Shown one piece after another: positions 25,113 to 26,825 of a DNA stretch of 26,825 nt. This stretch comes from Candidatus Nomurabacteria bacterium (GTDB taxonomy: Bacteria > Patescibacteriota > Minisyncoccia > Phycocordibacterales > UBA9973): positions 1 to 26,825 of the forward strand of contig CALRFE010000001.1 of NCBI GenBank assembly GCA_943356425.1, in the 5' to 3' direction. A program made the position numbers and the translations under genes. The notes below the pieces were generated by a model that ran no database searches, was not told the origin of the DNA, and saw only the letters and a program-made list of their open reading frames with translations. The number at the start of each line of letters is the position of its first letter. Positions within the stretch are counted from its first letter, which is position 1.

Positions 25113-25643
25113 ATGGAAAACAACACAAAAAACACGATTTCATACCCGTTCTTGCCTCCTGGTAAGAAGATCGAGTATGTCGGGATCGATGATCCATACA
25201 TGCTTCACGCAAAAGAAGTTGCAAGAAAATCAACTGATCACGCTATGCCGACTGGAGCAGTCATTACTTGTGACGGGATCATCATTGCTGAGGCTTCAAA
25301 TAAAGCAGCATTGACCAATCCGACGCTCATTAAATTGCACAAGAAATATTGTATTCGCCGAATGTGTAATATCCCGACGGGTAAAAAATATTGGGCTTGT
25401 CCTGGCTGTGCGTCGCACGAAAATCATGGCGAGTACCGCGCCGTTCTTATGGCGCTCAAAAAATTACCGAAGGAATATGATGAACTCGATCTCTATTTAT
25501 GGGGGCACTGGTGGTGTTGCGAACCGTGCTGGAACAAGATGTTCTCGATCGGTATCAAACGCGTCTTTCTTTTAGAAAAGAGCGAAATATTGTTCAATAA
25601 TAAAGAACCAGGCAATATTATTGGCAAGCAATTGACGCAATAA
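25113..25643 (+). CDS. Zn-dependent cytidine/deoxycytidylate deaminase family protein
   Basis: PTGAVI...ASN, H105-G-E107, C136-E-P-C139, GIKRV, plus a Cys-rich insert. ATG 25113 is preferred because the longer ORF overlaps the TS-like gene. Confidence 0.88.
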   Translation: MENNTKNTISYPFLPPGKKIEYVGIDDPYMLHAKEVARKSTDHAMPTGAVITCDGIIIAEASNKAALTNPTLIKLHKKYCIRRMCNIPTGKKYWACPGCASHENHGEYRAVLMALKKLPKEYDELDLYLWGHWWCCEPCWNKMFSIGIKRVFLLEKSEILFNNKEPGNIIGKQLTQ

Positions 25644-25655
25644 AAACTGTTCTAC

Positions 25656-25695
25656 AAAGCCGATTTTGGTCTCTATAACCAAAATCGGCTTTTTT
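25656..25695 (+). terminator. Intrinsic terminator
   Basis: AAAGCCGATTTTGGT-ctctata-ACCAAAATCGGCTTT followed by further T. Confidence 0.85.
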
Positions 25696-25781
25696 ATTTC
25701 TCTATGGTAGGATATGGATATGATATAGCGAAGAACACCCCTATAATTACTCACTAATCCGGGATCTCCCGACTAAATCAA

Positions 25782-26825
25782 ATGAAAGACAAACAAGTAG
25801 AAAAACTCATCAAAGCAGAAATAAAACGTCAAAAGAGCGTTATCAACCTCATCGCTTCTGAAAATTATGTTTCAAAAGATGTTTTAACTGCGCTCGGTTC
25901 TGAGCTTACCAACAAATACGCTGAAGGATATCCAAACCGACGGTATTACGGCGGCAATCAAATTATCGACAAAGTAGAACAGCTCGCTATCGACCGTGCA
26001 CTCAAACTTTTTAAATTAAAACCGCTTGAATGGCATTGCAATGTCCAGCCGCTTTCAGGCTCGCCTGCAAACTTGGCGGTGTATTCTGCGCTTGTTCCGC
26101 TTGGTGGAAAAATTATGGGGATGAAGCTCTCGTCCGGAGGACATCTCACCCACGGACAATCTGTTTCGATGACGGGAAAAATTTGGAAACAAGTGCCGTA
26201 TGAAGTTGACCCACTTACTGAAATTTTAAATTACGATAAACTAATGGCGATCGCACTTGCCGAAAAACCAGACATTATTGTTTGTGGTTTTACTGCGTAT
26301 CCACGTTTTGTTGATTTCAAAAAATTCCGCGAAATCGCAGATGCATCAGGCGCAATTCTCATGGTGGATATGTCACACTTTGCCGGACTCGTTGCAGGTG
26401 GTGTGTATCCATCACCATTTGAATATGCAGATGTTGTAACGACAACCACACACAAGACGTTGCGCGCTGCGCGTTCAGCAATGATCTTCGTGCGCAAAGA
26501 CAAGCGCGAATTTGAAAAAAAGATCGACAAGACGATCATTCCAGGACTCCAAGGCGGTCCACATGAAAACCAGATCGCTGCAGTTGCGGTCGCACTCGGC
26601 GAAGCAATGACTCCGGTGTACAAAAAATATGCTGTACAAATTGTCAAAAATGCAAAAGCGCTCGCCGCCGAACTTCAAAAACTTGGCTGGCGCATTATTT
26701 CCGGCGGGACCGACTCGCATCTTTTACTCGTCGATACTTGGATGAGTGGAAAGTGTGTTGCTGGTAAAGAGGCAAGTGCTCGCCTTGAAAAAGCAGGCAT
26801 CATCGTCAATATGAACACGATCCCG
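25782..26825 (+). CDS. glyA: Serine hydroxymethyltransferase (3'-truncated by the window; not in ORF track)
   Basis: LIASENY, TNKYAEGYPNRRYYGG, QPLSGSPAN, GGHLTHG, DMSHFAGLVAG, TTTHKTLR (PLP Lys), GGTDSH. TATAAT at 25742-25747. Confidence 0.97.
   Translation, partial: MKDKQVEKLIKAEIKRQKSVINLIASENYVSKDVLTALGSELTNKYAEGYPNRRYYGGNQIIDKVEQLAIDRALKLFKLKPLEWHCNVQPLSGSPANLAVYSALVPLGGKIMGMKLSSGGHLTHGQSVSMTGKIWKQVPYEVDPLTEILNYDKLMAIALAEKPDIIVCGFTAYPRFVDFKKFREIADASGAILMVDMSHFAGLVAGGVYPSPFEYADVVTTTTHKTLRAARSAMIFVRKDKREFEKKIDKTIIPGLQGGPHENQIAAVAVALGEAMTPVYKKYAVQIVKNAKALAAELQKLGWRIISGGTDSHLLLVDTWMSGKCVAGKEASARLEKAGIIVNMNTIP

Noticed and set aside
25700-25781. Riboswitch (ZMP/ZTP, THF or glycine) upstream of glyA
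   Set aside because: The leader after TATAAT is only about 30 nt, and no aptamer consensus is visible.
2116-26254. HIP1-like octamer GCGATCGC seen at 2116, 7909, 13691, 19495, 23241 and 26247
   Set aside because: All six are in-frame Ala-Ile-Ala using common codons. A codon-preserving shuffle test would be needed to show real enrichment.
222-26720. The many 60-150 aa ORFs nested in or antisense to the called genes
   Set aside because: They overlap well-supported CDS, have no motifs and have no independent expression signals.
1-26825. Stop-codon reassignment (code 25), prophage, IS elements, inteins
   Set aside because: TGA ends several conserved genes at the expected length. No integrase, transposase or phage structural genes are seen, and NrdA and the TS-like protein have no insertions.

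Overview
A 26.8 kb chromosomal window read in genetic code 11 (TGA is used as a stop). It is very probably from a Parcubacteria (CPR/Patescibacteria) bacterium. That assignment is an inference from the OD1-style pilin domain, the absence of Shine-Dalgarno sites, rplK with no rplA behind it, and the surface-protein style. It holds about 29 CDS and one tRNA-His, with no mobile element or CRISPR array. Housekeeping and envelope genes: phhB, a VKOR fusion, mscL, a LOG-family protein, an FKBP, a 1332-aa Ig/FN3 mosaic surface protein, a MacAB-like ABC system, SIMPL, and secE-nusG-rplK. Nucleotide metabolism is unusually rich. The main candidate system lies at 22.5-26.8 kb. There, a thymidylate-synthase homolog has Asp at the E. 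coli Asn177 specificity position and lacks the His after the catalytic Cys, which is the dCMP-accepting signature. It is coupled to DHFR, sits head-to-head with a Zn deaminase across a palindromic -10 element, and is flanked by glyA, a MazG-like pyrophosphatase and a 5'(3')-nucleotidase. This suggests a dUMP-bypassing route dCMP -> 5-methyl-dCMP -> dTMP (inference). The nrdAB pair has class Ic (Mn/Fe, no tyrosyl radical) signatures. Other observations include two micro-ORFs absent from the ORF track, leaderless promoters, and 7-nt-periodic intergenic repeat arrays. All calls come from reading motifs by eye; no database search was run.
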